Shown here piece after piece: positions 52,749 through 61,617 of a stretch of DNA of 64,000 nucleotides. Source of the stretch: a virus; the IMG/VR virus record IMGVR_UViG_3300030060_004277, positions 27,600 to 91,599 of that record; one strand, given 5' to 3'. Positions within the stretch are counted from its first letter, which is position 1. Every line of letters begins with the position of its first letter. The position numbers were made by a program, and so were the translations under genes. The notes below the pieces were generated by a model. The model saw only the letters and a program-made list of their open reading frames with translations. It had not been told where the DNA came from and ran no database searches.

Positions 52749-52768
52749 TCGACTATAAAAGGGAATAG
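52749..52768 (+). promoter_or_regulatory. Early element copy 2 TCGACTATAAAAGGGAATAG
   Basis: 1 mismatch; ATG at 52783. Confidence 0.8.
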
Positions 52769-52782
52769 TAATTCACCGAAAG

Positions 52783-52941
52783 ATGACTGAACAAACAGAA
52801 CAGTATGAAGAAGCACGAACGGCAACCCTTGTGGCTTGTATGCTACAAGGTGAATGGGTTGGGGACATGTGGATATGGACCGACAACGATGGCAACATAT
52901 GGGCAGACGACGAGATAGTATCGTGGGCGGTGGTCGAATGA
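52783..52941 (+). CDS. 52-aa acidic Trp-rich protein (not in ORF track)
   Basis: MTEQTEQYEEARTATLVACMLQGEWVGDMWIWTDNDGNIWADDEIVSWAVVE; ATGA overlap to next gene. Confidence 0.65.
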   Translation: MTEQTEQYEEARTATLVACMLQGEWVGDMWIWTDNDGNIWADDEIVSWAVVE

Positions 52942-53213
52942 GCGCACTGCCGACATGGTATCAGATATTCAACGTGGCCCGCCTTGCGAGTCCGTACCAG
53001 CCTGCGCTCAGGATGATGCAACAGGTAGAGAACGCGGGGCATGGCAATAGTGTGGAGAGGCACCTGCTTGACTTGGTGGTCAACTACAACAGGAGCACTG
53101 AGGAGTTGAAGGCGAGGGTCATGGACATGCTGTACGGAGACTACTACAAGATGTACTCCTATCAGGGATGGGACACGCTGAGCACCAGCGACATACAGGA
53201 GGAAGAGGAATGA
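52938..53213 (+). CDS. Hypothetical early protein
   Basis: Starts MSALPTWY; ATGA coupling both sides. Confidence 0.65.
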   Translation: MSALPTWYQIFNVARLASPYQPALRMMQQVENAGHGNSVERHLLDLVVNYNRSTEELKARVMDMLYGDYYKMYSYQGWDTLSTSDIQEEEE

Positions 53214-54007
53214 GCAGCCCGCTTACTACGAAGGTGGTGTACCAATTCACGACCACGACGAAGAAGTGGCTGGATGACATGGGTCAGGAGCACGTGAGCG
53301 AGCGGTCGAGCACGGTCATCATGACTGACGAGCAGGTGGCGGCGAGGGAGTTGGCCGACATGCTGTGCGACCACGTCTTCAACACGGTGTCACGGCAGGG
53401 CTACGCTGGTCTGCCACCGATGGACCACACGCCTGTGCTGCGTGGCGAGGACGAGTTTGCCAGCGACTTCGACGAGAGGCTGTACGCATGGAGCATGGAT
53501 GGCAGTGGCTATTTCGAGGACTACAAGAACGCGCTGTACTGGGAGTGCCTGATGTTCACGGCCACTCCCTCGTACAAGCCAAAGGGCATCGGTGATGTCG
53601 CCCTTGCCTCTCGCAAGCACAGGCTCGACCCCATACACAATCCGCTGGACGATTTGGTAGATGTGGTGAGGGACATACCCACGTGGAAGCACTGCATTCC
53701 CCTGCCCAGCATGAACGACGTGCTGGCGATAGCAGAGAGGATGGTGATGGGTACGCTGAGCCCGCCCGAACTGCTGATTGACCAGAGCGGGAACGACTTC
53801 GATGGGAGTGTATCACGCTGCCTCTTCAAGAGGATAGAGGTCAGGAACGTGACCACTCGGGACTACGAGACTGAGCAGTCGATAAAGGAGTACGAGGCAT
53901 ACCGCAATAGCGACCAGTACAGGCAGGACATGCAGGACGAGAGGGATGCTGCGCTGACGGAGCGAGAGATGGGCAACCCGAATACCTACGAGAGGGATGT
54001 GATTTGA
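53210..54007 (+). CDS. Hypothetical early protein
   Basis: Starts MSSPLTT; acidic; ends 2 bp before element copy 3. Confidence 0.7.
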   Translation: MSSPLTTKVVYQFTTTTKKWLDDMGQEHVSERSSTVIMTDEQVAARELADMLCDHVFNTVSRQGYAGLPPMDHTPVLRGEDEFASDFDERLYAWSMDGSGYFEDYKNALYWECLMFTATPSYKPKGIGDVALASRKHRLDPIHNPLDDLVDVVRDIPTWKHCIPLPSMNDVLAIAERMVMGTLSPPELLIDQSGNDFDGSVSRCLFKRIEVRNVTTRDYETEQSIKEYEAYRNSDQYRQDMQDERDAALTEREMGNPNTYERDVI

Positions 54008-54009
54008 TG

Positions 54010-54029
54010 GTGACTATAAAAGGGAATAG
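54010..54029 (+). promoter_or_regulatory. Early element copy 3 GTGACTATAAAAGGGAATAG
   Basis: 1 mismatch; ATG at 54041. Confidence 0.8.
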
Positions 54030-54040
54030 TAGAACAGGAG

Positions 54041-54430
54041 ATGATTGAGATGAATTATGAACAAGCAAGAGAGATAATGAAGACAGCAAGGAACCCTGTG
54101 AAGGGCAAGCCGATTGGGAACAACACACGGTTGTATGACAACGATGGGTACTACACCATCAGGTTGCACAACCATGTCATCATGGAGATATACCCTGATG
54201 GCTTCATCCCATTGGATGCGGGGTGGCGGACAGTCACCACGAAAACAAGACTGAATGAGCACATGCCCATTGGTTATCTACACCAAAAGAAATGGCATTG
54301 GTACTTTACCATCGGTGATACAACCTACGATTGGAAAGATGTGTACTTCGTCAGCACGCACCCTGAACATCAGGATGACCCAGTGGTGACCGAGGGAGAC
54401 TACCGTGCATCCAAGGAGATGGTACAATGA
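54041..54430 (+). CDS. Conserved viral hypothetical protein (GW.T.TTK.RLN motif)
   Basis: NNTRL...IRLHNHVI...AGWRTVTTKTRLN. Confidence 0.7.
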   Translation: MIEMNYEQAREIMKTARNPVKGKPIGNNTRLYDNDGYYTIRLHNHVIMEIYPDGFIPLDAGWRTVTTKTRLNEHMPIGYLHQKKWHWYFTIGDTTYDWKDVYFVSTHPEHQDDPVVTEGDYRASKEMVQ

Positions 54431-56766
54431 ACGCACAAGAGATGCACATGATTGTGAAGAAGTTCGTATCCTACGGTGCGCCTGATGCTTACGACGGGCA
54501 AGGTCCGAACAAGTTTGATTGGGACTTCTTGGAGAGGATGTCGCACAGGGATGAACTGAATGCAGAGCAGATACACAGGTGTGCTGAGAGACTGAGAAAG
54601 TACAGGAACACACAGATGCCGAGGGCATTCAGCGAGTGTGGACTGACCATGCCTGACGATTGGGATGCTATGGTGGAGGAGTTGTCGGTAGTGTCGGCGG
54701 AGACGGCTGACCTCATCACCTTCAAGGAGATTGAGACATCCTTCTGGTCCAACAAATACAACAAGAACTTCACCAACAACAGGCTCGCAGTACAATGGTC
54801 TGGGCACCGGAGTGAATTGTACCTTGACCTTAAGAACAAAGTGTCGTTCCCGGAGTTTCAATATCAGCCTGACTATGGTATGCACTTCAAGAGAGACAAG
54901 GATGTCATACTCAAGGGAGCGGGTATCATGGCACAGCATGGACTCAAGGTTGCTGACTTGGTTCTGTATGCCAATGGGTTGGACGATACCCCTGCTCGCA
55001 AGAAGGAAGAGTATGCAGTACGCATCGAGGGAGATGCCGTAGCCATCATGGTACCCTACGATGAGGTGAGGACGAGGGAGATAGTCAAGGCCACCAACAA
55101 CAGGAAGTGGTTGAAGGGTACGAAGGAGTGGGCTGTGCCCATGGTTGAGACCATCCACCTGATAAACAGGCTTGGGCCTGAGCATCCACTCACCGTCATC
55201 ATGGATGCCATGCCTGAGTTGAAGGAAGCCAACAAGGTGAGGGCGGAGCGCATCAGCATCAGCGGTGCCTCATCCCTGAGCGATGAAGACATCGTGGCTG
55301 ACATGAAGGAGAGACTAGACCGAGAGTTCCCCGAGGGGCATGAGTTGTATCCCTTTCAGTATGCAGGTGTGCGCTTCGCTGAGTTGGCTGATGGCAAGGC
55401 AATCATCGGAGATGACATGGGGATAGGCAAGACCATCCAAGCCATCGCCTACTGTGTCTTGCATCAGGAGCACTGGCCTGTGCTGGTGGTCTGTCCTGCC
55501 AACGTCAAGTACAATTGGCTCAAGGAGTTGAAGGCGTGGTTGCCCCAGCACCCTAGTGATGTGGTTGTCAACGGCAAGGATGAGGTACGTGATGCTGACT
55601 TCACCGTCATCAACTACGACCTGATGAGCAAGAAGCAAGGCGAACTCATGGCCGTGGGGTACAAGACCATCATCATGGATGAGTGCCACTACCTGAAGAA
55701 CCAGAAGGCCAAGAGGACTCAAGCCACAGTCGCATTGGCTCAACAGTGTGAGAGCATCCTCGCTCTCAGTGGTACTGCAATCACAAACAGACCAGTGGAG
55801 TTGTTCAACACACTGAACATGGTCAGGCCAGCGGAGTACTCTAACTTCTTCCAATACGCTATGCAGTACTGCGGTGCGCATCAGAACTCATGGGGGCACT
55901 GGGACTTCACCGGTGCTACCAACATCGATGAGTTGCATTCCAAACTGAGGGATGTGATGATTCGCAGGCTGAAGAAGGAGGTACTGGAGGAACTACCGGA
56001 CAAGATACGACAGTTCGTACCAGTCACACCTACCAGCGCAGAGATGACTGACTACAAGAAGTACGCAGCCAAGTGGCTGAGGGACTACGAACAGCACAAG
56101 GTGAACAACGACATGCCAGCGGGGTTCGTTCTCAACATGCTGACCAAACTCAGGCACAAGTGTGGTAGGCTCAAGGTGAGCGCTGCGCTTGACTGGGTCG
56201 CTGAGTACAGGGACATCACTGACAACAAGCCTGTCATCATCTTCACTCACCACAAGGATGTGAGTGCATCCCTCATCGAGGGACTGAATGATGACAAGAG
56301 ATTCGCTGGCACGAGATGGGGTAGAATAACCGGTGATGTGGCATCGCAGAAGAGGCAAGAGATGGTGGACTTGTTCCAATCAGGTGCGCTTGATGGTCTG
56401 GTGTGTAGCACACAGGCAGCGAAGGAAGGACTGACACTCACAGCAGCGGACACTGTGGTGTTCATCGAGCGTGAGTGGGTGCCCGGATGGGAGGAGCAAG
56501 CCGAGGATAGGGTGAACAGGATTGGACAGGACAGTGACACGGTGTGGGCTACCTACCTGTCTGTCGCTGGTACTATCGATGAGAGATTCGATAGGGTCGT
56601 CGAGCAGAAGAGAGAGGTAGTGTCCGCTGTGCTTGACGGTGGTGATATGGAGATGAGGCAGGGCCTTGCAGTGGCACTGCTTGAGGCTATGGTGGAAGCA
56701 GGTGAGATGCCTGCGGACATGCTTCAGAACATAGGTGTGGCCAAGTCACACTTCGAGGAGGAGTGA
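54427..56766 (+). CDS. SNF2-family (SMARCAL1/HARP-like) helicase
   Basis: GDDMGIGKT, VVCPA, DECH, LSGT, RRLKKEVLEELP, QAEDRVNRIGQ. Confidence 0.92.
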   Translation: MNAQEMHMIVKKFVSYGAPDAYDGQGPNKFDWDFLERMSHRDELNAEQIHRCAERLRKYRNTQMPRAFSECGLTMPDDWDAMVEELSVVSAETADLITFKEIETSFWSNKYNKNFTNNRLAVQWSGHRSELYLDLKNKVSFPEFQYQPDYGMHFKRDKDVILKGAGIMAQHGLKVADLVLYANGLDDTPARKKEEYAVRIEGDAVAIMVPYDEVRTREIVKATNNRKWLKGTKEWAVPMVETIHLINRLGPEHPLTVIMDAMPELKEANKVRAERISISGASSLSDEDIVADMKERLDREFPEGHELYPFQYAGVRFAELADGKAIIGDDMGIGKTIQAIAYCVLHQEHWPVLVVCPANVKYNWLKELKAWLPQHPSDVVVNGKDEVRDADFTVINYDLMSKKQGELMAVGYKTIIMDECHYLKNQKAKRTQATVALAQQCESILALSGTAITNRPVELFNTLNMVRPAEYSNFFQYAMQYCGAHQNSWGHWDFTGATNIDELHSKLRDVMIRRLKKEVLEELPDKIRQFVPVTPTSAEMTDYKKYAAKWLRDYEQHKVNNDMPAGFVLNMLTKLRHKCGRLKVSAALDWVAEYRDITDNKPVIIFTHHKDVSASLIEGLNDDKRFAGTRWGRITGDVASQKRQEMVDLFQSGALDGLVCSTQAAKEGLTLTAADTVVFIEREWVPGWEEQAEDRVNRIGQDSDTVWATYLSVAGTIDERFDRVVEQKREVVSAVLDGGDMEMRQGLAVALLEAMVEAGEMPADMLQNIGVAKSHFEEE

Positions 56767-56773
56767 TGAAGAC

Positions 56774-56793
56774 TTGACTATAAAAGGGAATAG
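56774..56793 (+). promoter_or_regulatory. Early element copy 4
   Basis: Exact 20-mer. Confidence 0.8.
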
Positions 56794-56824
56794 AAGGAAA
56801 GGAGATGAAAAGGAGAGAGACAAC

Positions 56825-57763
56825 ATGACAATGAACAAACAAGAAAGAAAAGCATATGGAAAGAAGAAGGACGAGGTGAACAGACAGCGCTGGTTCGAGA
56901 ACCTAGCGCAGGGTATCAGGGACAGCAACCTGCCTTGGCAGAAGCCATGGGTCGGTGGTGGCGGTGGGATGCCCATCAACCTGAAGAGCAAGAAGGCATA
57001 CCGGGGTGGCAACATCATTACCCTCTGGGTCTTCGGCATGGGTGAGGGATGGACTGACCTACGGTTCGGCACACGCAAGCAGTTGATTGATGCTGGCTTG
57101 TCTGTCAAGGGATTGAAGAACGGCAGTGGCATACCCATCAAGTACTTCAAGACTGGAACCTACGAGAAGGAGAACAAGAAGGGCGAGGTCGAGGTACGCA
57201 CATCCTTCCTGACAAGATGGTACGAGGTATGGTGCGTCGAGCAGTGCGAGAACTACGAGGCACCAGTCGTCGAGCCACACAAGGTAGTGCCTGAGTCTGT
57301 GATGATGGAGCAGTTCTATCAGTACATAGACTCTCAGTCTAGCCTTGACTTGAAGCGCAAGGGCAACCGAGCCTACTACAACAGCGATGAGGATGACGTG
57401 GTGCTACCACCACACGAAGCATTCACCGACACGCTGGGTGAAGTGATGACTGCCATGCACGAAGCAGTCCACTCCACTGGGTACAAGACGAGGATGAACA
57501 GGGCATTGAAGAACAAGTTCGGCTCACCTGAGTATGCGTTCGAGGAACTGATTGCGGAGATGGGTGCACTGATTGTGACACTGAGCCTAGGTGGTGAGTT
57601 CAAGCCGGGTGCAGTGATGGAGGAGAATGCCAACAACATAGCCTACCTACAATCATGGCTCAAGGCTTGCAACGAACAGGACAGGGCATTGGACAAGGCG
57701 TTCAGCGATGCGCAGAAGGCAGCGGACTACGTACTGGATGCACTGCGAGGTGATGAGGAATGA
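56825..57763 (+). CDS. ardC: ArdC-like ssDNA-binding/zincin antirestriction protein
   Basis: LPWQKPW, YRGGN, AYYN...VVLPP..F, HEAVHSTG, YAFEELIAEMGA. Confidence 0.85.
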   Translation: MTMNKQERKAYGKKKDEVNRQRWFENLAQGIRDSNLPWQKPWVGGGGGMPINLKSKKAYRGGNIITLWVFGMGEGWTDLRFGTRKQLIDAGLSVKGLKNGSGIPIKYFKTGTYEKENKKGEVEVRTSFLTRWYEVWCVEQCENYEAPVVEPHKVVPESVMMEQFYQYIDSQSSLDLKRKGNRAYYNSDEDDVVLPPHEAFTDTLGEVMTAMHEAVHSTGYKTRMNRALKNKFGSPEYAFEELIAEMGALIVTLSLGGEFKPGAVMEENANNIAYLQSWLKACNEQDRALDKAFSDAQKAADYVLDALRGDEE

Positions 57764-58008
57764 GTGACTACCGACACATGAGTATTGATGATGGCTACAT
57801 ATCCGATGCGGTCATATGGGAGATGAGGGACAAACTAGAACCACCCATGAAGGGGTACGTCATGTTCTCATCCAGTGGATGGGAAGAGAACGTGGAACAC
57901 CTAGTGGAGTACATGGGTATAGCAGAGGAGGACATCTACCTTGTTCGCTATGGTGGCGAGGAGTATGGGTATGTCTCCTGTTGGATACCCGGAGGTGATA
58001 AGGAATGA
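57760..58008 (+). CDS. Small acidic hypothetical protein
   Basis: 82 aa, ATGA coupled. Confidence 0.65.
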   Translation: MSDYRHMSIDDGYISDAVIWEMRDKLEPPMKGYVMFSSSGWEENVEHLVEYMGIAEEDIYLVRYGGEEYGYVSCWIPGGDKE

Positions 58009-58400
58009 TTGACACAGAGAAATACAAAGGACACACACCTGCGCCGTGGAAGGCGCTGCTTAACCATCCTCAAGTGGAAGGGTCATGTGTGGTGAGTGAT
58101 GAAGATGAAAGTAATTTTGGAGACACTTGGTATGAGCGAATACTTGGGCCATTATGGGTTGGTGAATTGACTGACGACATGCCTGATACTAAACTCATAG
58201 CAGACGCACCACTTCTCCTAGCAGAAGTCGAGCGGTTGATGAACTGCTTGAGGTATGTCGGTGTGAGTATGTACTTGGATGCGAACAACCATCGAACATA
58301 CGACTACGGGGACTTGTTGGACTACATCATGGAGATTACTGGAGAGCCTAATGACCTTTCAGGTCAGATGGGTGCGATGATACGGGATGTGATTGAATGA
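58005..58400 (+). CDS. MIDT.KY.GHTP family protein, paralogue A
   Basis: MIDTEKYKGHTPAPW...LIADAPLLLAEVERL. Confidence 0.75.
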   Translation: MIDTEKYKGHTPAPWKALLNHPQVEGSCVVSDEDESNFGDTWYERILGPLWVGELTDDMPDTKLIADAPLLLAEVERLMNCLRYVGVSMYLDANNHRTYDYGDLLDYIMEITGEPNDLSGQMGAMIRDVIE

Positions 58401-58810
58401 TTGACACAGACAAGTACGAAGGACACACACCTGCACCGTGGAATGCTGATGACGATGGAGGGGGTAAGTATCTCCACATAGATGCCTATGGTGAAGAGGG
58501 CGATGTGTGCGTAGCAAGAATGGTAAATGGGAATTGGATAGATACACAACTCATCGCAGACGCACCACTTCTCCTAGCAGAACTCAAGCGGTTAGAAAAG
58601 AGACTTGATTTTGCACAGGAAGTTATGGATGACCAAACAGCAGTGGAGTTTCATGATTTGATACTTGAATCGGAAGGTGAGGAAGACGAGAGATGGGAAG
58701 ACGAGAGATGTCCGGAATGTCAAGAAGAACACCACGACACTTGCCCTTTGGTAGAGGGTTGTTCATGTTGTGAATGGACAATGAAACAAATGCTGGAGGA
58801 AAAGGAATGA
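58397..58810 (+). CDS. MIDT.KY.GHTP family protein, paralogue B
   Basis: MIDTDKYEGHTPAPW...LIADAPLLLAELKRL; Cys/His-rich C-terminus. Confidence 0.75.
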   Translation: MIDTDKYEGHTPAPWNADDDGGGKYLHIDAYGEEGDVCVARMVNGNWIDTQLIADAPLLLAELKRLEKRLDFAQEVMDDQTAVEFHDLILESEGEEDERWEDERCPECQEEHHDTCPLVEGCSCCEWTMKQMLEEKE

Positions 58811-59307
58811 ACATCTTCGTACTAGATAGGAATCCAATCAGAGCATCTGAGATGATGTGCGACAAGCACATCCCAAAGATGATTGTGGAGTCAGCGCAGA
58901 TGATGGCATCAGCCCTGCGTAGGCACGGTGCTGTCGACAGTCAGATGCCGTTGACGAAGGCCGGACGGCCATACTTGGGGGGTTACAAATATCACCCATG
59001 CACTGTGTGGGCGGGTGACTCATGGCACAACTTCGATTGGTTGGCCAACCATGCCATCGGACTGCTTGGTGAATACTACATGAGATTCGGAAAGGAGCAT
59101 GCTTGCGGTAATGCGATTGGTCAGATGAATGGTATGAGTTGGCGACTGCCCAACGGCAGGCTGACACCGTTCGCTCAAGCCATGCCTGATGAGTTCAAGC
59201 AAGAGGATGCGGTGCAGGCGTACCGTGCTTACTACCACAGCAAGACTTTTGCCAAATGGGAGAAGGGAACAGATGCACCACACTGGTGGATGGGGGTGAC
59301 AGCATGA
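58807..59307 (+). CDS. Pyrimidine-dimer glycosylase (DenV-like) family protein
   Basis: MNIFVLD.NP...CDKHIPKMIVESAQM, HPCTVW, EY..RFGK.H, TPFAQAMP, AYRAYY. Confidence 0.75.
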   Translation: MNIFVLDRNPIRASEMMCDKHIPKMIVESAQMMASALRRHGAVDSQMPLTKAGRPYLGGYKYHPCTVWAGDSWHNFDWLANHAIGLLGEYYMRFGKEHACGNAIGQMNGMSWRLPNGRLTPFAQAMPDEFKQEDAVQAYRAYYHSKTFAKWEKGTDAPHWWMGVTA

Positions 59308-59723
59308 GTTATGATATCATACAACACGCTGACGGTGATGACTACGTTGACTTGAACTACACGTTCAATCGCTCTGACTTGTGGTATGACGTCTTCGGTG
59401 AGGAAGGACTCTCTACCCTAAGCGGCATGACGGGTGCAGAGGCTGAGGCTGCAATCGTGCAGTTCCTCATTGATGTCACCAAGAAGTACATGGATGGAGA
59501 TTACAGCACTGTGCTTGAAGAGGTGAGCAAGTACAGGTCGCACCCTGAGAACATCAAGAACATTAATGGTATCCTGCTCGGCCCGAAGACAATCAAGGCT
59601 GGCATCAGGGAGTACGACTCACGCAACGGATGGGGCAGTGCCTTCTGTCAACTCAACTTGATGCTCACGATGCTCGTGCACTCGAGAGAGAAACCTGACG
59701 GTACATGGGGGATATACAAATGA
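59304..59723 (+). CDS. Hypothetical protein (MSYDI...NYT.N...NGWGS)
   Basis: ATGA coupled; 139 aa. Confidence 0.65.
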   Translation: MSYDIIQHADGDDYVDLNYTFNRSDLWYDVFGEEGLSTLSGMTGAEAEAAIVQFLIDVTKKYMDGDYSTVLEEVSKYRSHPENIKNINGILLGPKTIKAGIREYDSRNGWGSAFCQLNLMLTMLVHSREKPDGTWGIYK

Positions 59724-59872
59724 GATTGAACTATGATAAGATGAAGATATACACGCCTGATAGGAATGGAGAGATGCGCGAGGTTCCCATTGAAGTCGTT
59801 CAATGGATAAACAGATGCAGGTACATAATCGCCAAGGAAGAGCACATGAAGAACAAGGAGCAGGTATCATGA
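59720..59872 (+). CDS. 50-aa hypothetical (not in ORF track)
   Basis: MRLNYDKMKIYTPDRNGEMREVPIEVVQWINRCRYIIAKEEHMKNKEQVS; ATGA coupled, followed by 26-aa ORF 59869-59949. Confidence 0.5.
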   Translation: MRLNYDKMKIYTPDRNGEMREVPIEVVQWINRCRYIIAKEEHMKNKEQVS

Positions 59873-60008
59873 AGCCCGGAGACAAACTGAAACTACGCAT
59901 CGAGGAAGAGGAATACATCTACGAGGAGTGGGAACTAGACGACGAGTAGGCGCACGTCATCGAAAGATGATAGTGACAATTGACGTGATAATATGAGTAG
60001 CGTAAGCG

Positions 60009-60048
60009 TTGACTATAAAAAGAGAGACTTGACTATAAAAGGGAATAC
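60009..60048 (+). promoter_or_regulatory. Tandem early elements (partial TTGACTATAAAAAGAGAGAC plus copy 5 TTGACTATAAAAGGGAATAC)
   Basis: Direct reading; ATG at 60051. Confidence 0.8.
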
Positions 60049-60050
60049 AG

Positions 60051-60500
60051 ATGACTAAGATAAAAACAGAACCAATCAACGTATCAAATACAAGGCTTTC
60101 CCTCAAAGCAGGGAGGGGGCATCGTAAGTTCGATGCTAAACAAGCGAAGAGGCATGACTTCGGAGAAGCGCATTGCGTGATTTGTGATGAGGTATTTACC
60201 AAGTATCACCCACAACTAACTGTGTGTTCCGAAGAGTGCAAGAAAGAGAAGAACAAGCGTAGGCACCGCAAGTACTACGAGAAGAATCGTGAGAAGGCAA
60301 AAGCGTATGGCCGCAAGTACTACGAGAAGAATCGTGAGAAGGCAAAAGCGTATGCCCGCAAGCACTACGAGAAGAATAGCGAGAAGATATTGGCAAGACA
60401 ACGCAAGCACCACGAAGAGAATCGTGAGGAGATAAGAGCGAGGGAACGCGAGCGTTACCACGCTAAGAAAAAAGAGAGACTTGACTATAAAAGGGAATAG
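60051..60500 (+). CDS. Zn-finger plus RKYYEKNREK tandem-repeat protein
   Basis: CVIC...CSEEC; four 45-bp units from 60267; stop lies inside element copy 6. Confidence 0.7.
   Translation: MTKIKTEPINVSNTRLSLKAGRGHRKFDAKQAKRHDFGEAHCVICDEVFTKYHPQLTVCSEECKKEKNKRRHRKYYEKNREKAKAYGRKYYEKNREKAKAYARKHYEKNSEKILARQRKHHEENREEIRARERERYHAKKKERLDYKRE
60481..60500 (+). promoter_or_regulatory. Early element copy 6
   Basis: Exact 20-mer. Confidence 0.8.
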
Positions 60501-60521
60501 AAGGAAAGAGGATAGATTGAG

Positions 60522-61046
60522 ATGTTGCTAGATAAGATACAGACATTGGTGAACGACGGTGCGGAAGCACTTGGGCAGAAGATACCCATACCACCTATCA
60601 CAGGTGATACCATAGCCAGAAGGAGAAGCAGTTTGAGCGAACTTGAGATGACAAACCGTGATTCCATACAACACCACACAGGGTGGGCTGAGGCGTATGG
60701 GTTGTGTAGCAGTGTGGGAGTCGTTGACTCCCTGACCTACTACGAGTTGTGCAAGGAACTGGCAGGTGATTACGACCTACTGCCATCCGTCGTACTAGCG
60801 ATGAAGATGAAGGTGATGACAGAACCAGCGAGGATGTATGTGCTGAATGGTGGGCCACAACCATTGTTGCACGTCGGTAAGAGTACGCCGACACTACTGA
60901 GAGTGGCACATGAGGGTGCGCAGTCAGGACTGTGGGACATGGAAGACGTGTTCACGCTACCTGCACCCATGACTCCTGTGTCGCCAGACATACTGGAGCA
61001 CTTCGACGTGGATGGGTTCGATGGCTCGGAGGTGTACTTGGCGTGA
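60522..61046 (+). CDS. Hypothetical early protein
   Basis: 174 aa, bounded by elements 6 and 7. Confidence 0.7.
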   Translation: MLLDKIQTLVNDGAEALGQKIPIPPITGDTIARRRSSLSELEMTNRDSIQHHTGWAEAYGLCSSVGVVDSLTYYELCKELAGDYDLLPSVVLAMKMKVMTEPARMYVLNGGPQPLLHVGKSTPTLLRVAHEGAQSGLWDMEDVFTLPAPMTPVSPDILEHFDVDGFDGSEVYLA

Positions 61047-61054
61047 TTGGAGTC

Positions 61055-61074
61055 TTGACTATAAAAGGGAATAG
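61055..61074 (+). promoter_or_regulatory. Early element copy 7
   Basis: Exact 20-mer; GGAG RBS and ATG 61105. Confidence 0.8.
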
Positions 61075-61104
61075 AAAGAAGGAGAATGAAATGGAGATGA
61101 AACA

Positions 61105-61617
61105 ATGAAGAAAATACGAACGATATATGGATTGCAAGAGAAGGACGGCGGTACTCTTGATGGGTTCAATGCGCACTCCGGTAATGACGTGCGATGTTGG
61201 ACTGACGACGAGGGCAACCTGTACGGTGCTACGTTCTGGACACAGCCGAGCATCAGACCGAGAGTACAGAGACATGAGGATGGTAGTCTCACCCTGACGG
61301 GACAGCACAAGGACATGGTTGACATGAAACTGCTCATCGAGCAGCAAGTCGGCAAGACACTGAAACCAGTGTACGTCACTGGTGTCTTCCCCTCTGTATC
61401 AGTAGGGGGTCATGGGTGGGATTACAAAACCCAACCGAAGGGTCACTGGGCGCACAATGAGGTACTGAAAGCCCACGGGGGGCGGTACTCGTTCCCTGTG
61501 ATGCCTCTTGTGATACCGAAGAAGTACGCAAACAAAATGGAAGTGAGAGAGATGAGCGAAGAGATGATGACAACGACGATAGAGATGCCAGAACTAAGAG
61601 AATGGAGTGTGATTTGA
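61105..61617 (+). CDS. Hypothetical early protein
   Basis: 170 aa. Confidence 0.7.
   Translation: MKKIRTIYGLQEKDGGTLDGFNAHSGNDVRCWTDDEGNLYGATFWTQPSIRPRVQRHEDGSLTLTGQHKDMVDMKLLIEQQVGKTLKPVYVTGVFPSVSVGGHGWDYKTQPKGHWAHNEVLKAHGGRYSFPVMPLVIPKKYANKMEVREMSEEMMTTTIEMPELREWSVI

Noticed and set aside
50950-52750. tRNA or rRNA genes in the GC-rich intergenic region
   Set aside because: No cloverleaf or T-loop consensus found by eye; tRNAscan-SE would be needed to exclude fully
58005-58810. Paralogue pair as diversity-generating retroelement TR/VR
   Set aside because: No reverse transcriptase in the window; both copies are coding; shared blocks are short and differences are not confined to adenines of one copy
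60267-60446. 45-bp tandem repeats as a mini-CRISPR
   Set aside because: No spacers; in-frame coding repeats of 15 aa
51431-61074. 20-bp repeats as a CRISPR array or integron attC sites
   Set aside because: Spacing is 0.45-3.3 kb with whole genes between; repeats are non-palindromic; no cas or integrase in the window
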